A DNA stretch of 37,803 bases, taken from the IMG/VR virus record IMGVR_UViG_3300026825_000035, positions 1 to 37,803 of that record. One strand, 5' to 3'. Positions 36,169-37,803 of this stretch are shown here, piece after piece. Under the pieces are notes generated by a model, which ran no database searches, was not told where the DNA came from, and saw only the letters and a list, made by a program, of their open reading frames with translations. This stretch comes from a virus. Taxonomy: Duplodnaviria > Caudoviricetes. The translations under genes and the position numbers were made by a program. Every line of letters begins with the position of its first letter. Position 1 is the stretch's first letter.

Positions 36169-36914
36169 GGCTGGGGTATCTCCACTGCGTAATCCTTGAC
36201 GATCCCGCCGCGGGTCGGATCGCCCACCTCGCACGGACGGACGAAGACCCGTCGCCCGTCGGCGAGCTGCCGCCAGTGACCGCGGCGGATGTGCCAGCGC
36301 GGGCTCGCGTGACTGCCGCCCTGCGGCGGCGTCGCGGCGCGAAGGCGTGCCGGATCGATGGCGACCTGGCGCCAGACCCATCCGCGCACGCCCTCGCGGG
36401 CCAGGCGGGACCGTTTCGCGAGCGACACCTTGCGATCGCGGATTTCAGGTGAGGCGCCGAGGATGGTCAGCGCGCGCCAGACGATGCCGGCGGCGACTTC
36501 GCCGTGACCGCGGACCGTCTCGTCGTGTCGCTCGGCCGGGTTGCCCTCGATTTCCGCCTTGCCGTCCGGATGCATCCAGATCCGCACCAGGCAATCCGTC
36601 CAGCCGCGCGGTGCCCGCTTGCGCATGAGGAACGTGGCCTCGACGATGTCGCCGTCGGCGCGGGCGCAGACGATCAGGCCCGAGGGAGACGCGCGCTGCT
36701 CGCGCACCTCGAAAATCACGGACGGATGCGGCAGCCGAAGCGGACCGGTAAAGACCCGGGTCATCGCGCGGTCGACGATATCGCCATCGAAGGCGGCCTG
36801 ATCGTCGAAGAAGTAGATCGGCGCGAACTGCGCCGCTGCGAGCAGGTCGGAGCACCAGAACCGCTCGCGATGCGCGCGCACGATCCGCTTGAGCTCATAG
36901 GCGTCGGGGATCAT
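36165..36914 (-). CDS. Hypothetical protein with HASPRWHIRRGHWR motif
   Basis: ATG 36914 overlaps the upstream stop; basic His/Arg motif near the C-terminus. Confidence 0.7.
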   Translation of the reverse strand: MIPDAYELKRIVRAHRERFWCSDLLAAAQFAPIYFFDDQAAFDGDIVDRAMTRVFTGPLRLPHPSVIFEVREQRASPSGLIVCARADGDIVEATFLMRKRAPRGWTDCLVRIWMHPDGKAEIEGNPAERHDETVRGHGEVAAGIVWRALTILGASPEIRDRKVSLAKRSRLAREGVRGWVWRQVAIDPARLRAATPPQGGSHASPRWHIRRGHWRQLADGRRVFVRPCEVGDPTRGGIVKDYAVEIPQP

Positions 36915-37708
36915 CGCCGCTCTCCCCAGCAGCGTTCCGCCCAGGCGCAGGGGGCGTGCCACTTGCCGGCTGCCATGCCGCCGCGGCACAGGACTGCGCT
37001 CGGCTCGGCCGCGGCGCGCGGCAGCCATTCCCCGGCCTCGGAGGCCCGAACCACGGCGACGGCGCGGTCCGACATCTCTTGCGCGAGACGCGCGTCGAAG
37101 GGCACGAGCTCCGCGTGCAGCTCCATCGTGTCGCGGTTCAGCGCGGTGAAGAGCGCCGGCGCTGGCAGCTCCATGTAAGCCTGATAGAGCGCGATCTGCG
37201 CCGCATACACGGGGCGCGCGAGGCTGACGCCGCGCTTGACCACGTCCTTCCAGCTGGCCGCCCCGAGCGCCTTGTTCTCCCAGAGCGCGGGATAGTCCAT
37301 TGCGACCGGGCCTGAGACGAAGCAGCCATCGATATGGCCCTTGAAGCGCCCGCCGAGGGCTTCGAACCCGAACTGGCGGCCGTCCGGGCGCTCGGTCCGC
37401 AGGTCGAAGCCGGCGATCCGGAACCAGCCCGCGACGATGTCCTCGGCCCTATGGCCCGCCTCGAAGATGCGCAGCGTGCGCGGCGCGAACTCCTGGCCTT
37501 CGTCCTTGGGCACCGCGAGGAAGTCGTACTGGATCTGGCGCAGGCAATCGCGGCCGAGACCCGAGGAGCTGACATAGGTGCGCGGACGCTCGGCGCGATG
37601 GCGCGCGGACAGCGCCGTGTCGATGGCGGCGGAGACGGCTTCGGCAATGGGCGGACGTGGTGCGCCGGCGCCGTAGAGGAAGCCCGAGCCATGGTTGAGG
37701 TCGATCAT
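36911..37708 (-). CDS. Cas4-like PD-(D/E)xK exonuclease
   Basis: GRDCLRQ, FEAGH, GHIDG, WENK, AQIALY and three C-terminal Cys (1+3 Fe-S pattern). Confidence 0.8.
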   Translation of the reverse strand: MIDLNHGSGFLYGAGAPRPPIAEAVSAAIDTALSARHRAERPRTYVSSSGLGRDCLRQIQYDFLAVPKDEGQEFAPRTLRIFEAGHRAEDIVAGWFRIAGFDLRTERPDGRQFGFEALGGRFKGHIDGCFVSGPVAMDYPALWENKALGAASWKDVVKRGVSLARPVYAAQIALYQAYMELPAPALFTALNRDTMELHAELVPFDARLAQEMSDRAVAVVRASEAGEWLPRAAAEPSAVLCRGGMAAGKWHAPCAWAERCWGERR

Positions 37709-37803
37709 CGCTCGCGCTCCCAGAAGCCGCCGGCCTGCGCGATGCAGGTCAGCTTGTGGAACTGCGCGTCCGTCAGCCGGGCGCTGTCGCCGAACCGCGC
37801 GAG
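37705..37803 (-). CDS. Hypothetical protein, 3' end only
   Basis: Open frame LARFGDSARLTDAQFHKL...ERER* whose TGA overlaps the next ATG. Confidence 0.55.
   Translation of the reverse strand, partial: LARFGDSARLTDAQFHKLTCIAQAGGFWERER

Larger units (their letters stand above)
1..37803 (-). mobile_element. Prophage segment (lambda-like head, RcGTA-like tail tip), probably defective; extends beyond the window
   Basis: Contiguous minus-strand replication, packaging, head, tail and lysis genes in siphophage order; no integrase, repressor or att site in the window. Confidence 0.95.

Overview
The window is part of a GC-rich alphaproteobacterial (Rhodobacteraceae-like) temperate siphophage/prophage, encoded almost entirely on the minus strand. 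Right to left: a replication/recombination module (Cas4-like nuclease, RecD-like helicase, Toprim-VapE primase-helicase, iteron-rich origin, RuvC-like resolvase), a putative late regulator and a lambda-like cos candidate, two DNA methyltransferases, a lambda-like head module, and a tail with RcGTA-like baseplate genes and an embedded lysis cassette. Three essential genes (TerL, tape measure, megatron) carry four nonsense codons, so the element looks defective. Passengers are a class 3 intein in TerL, two toxin-antitoxin cassettes (one with a Cys-rich GDCCVxC protein) and an IS110. The strongest finding is the IS110: its bridge RNA guides can be read from the sequence and match the stop/start overlap of the tail tube and tail chaperone genes, where it inserted without breaking either gene. 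Also notable are a C5 methyltransferase with a second subunit in an overlapping frame and a -1 frameshift tail chaperone. Family names come from motif recognition and gene order, not database searches.
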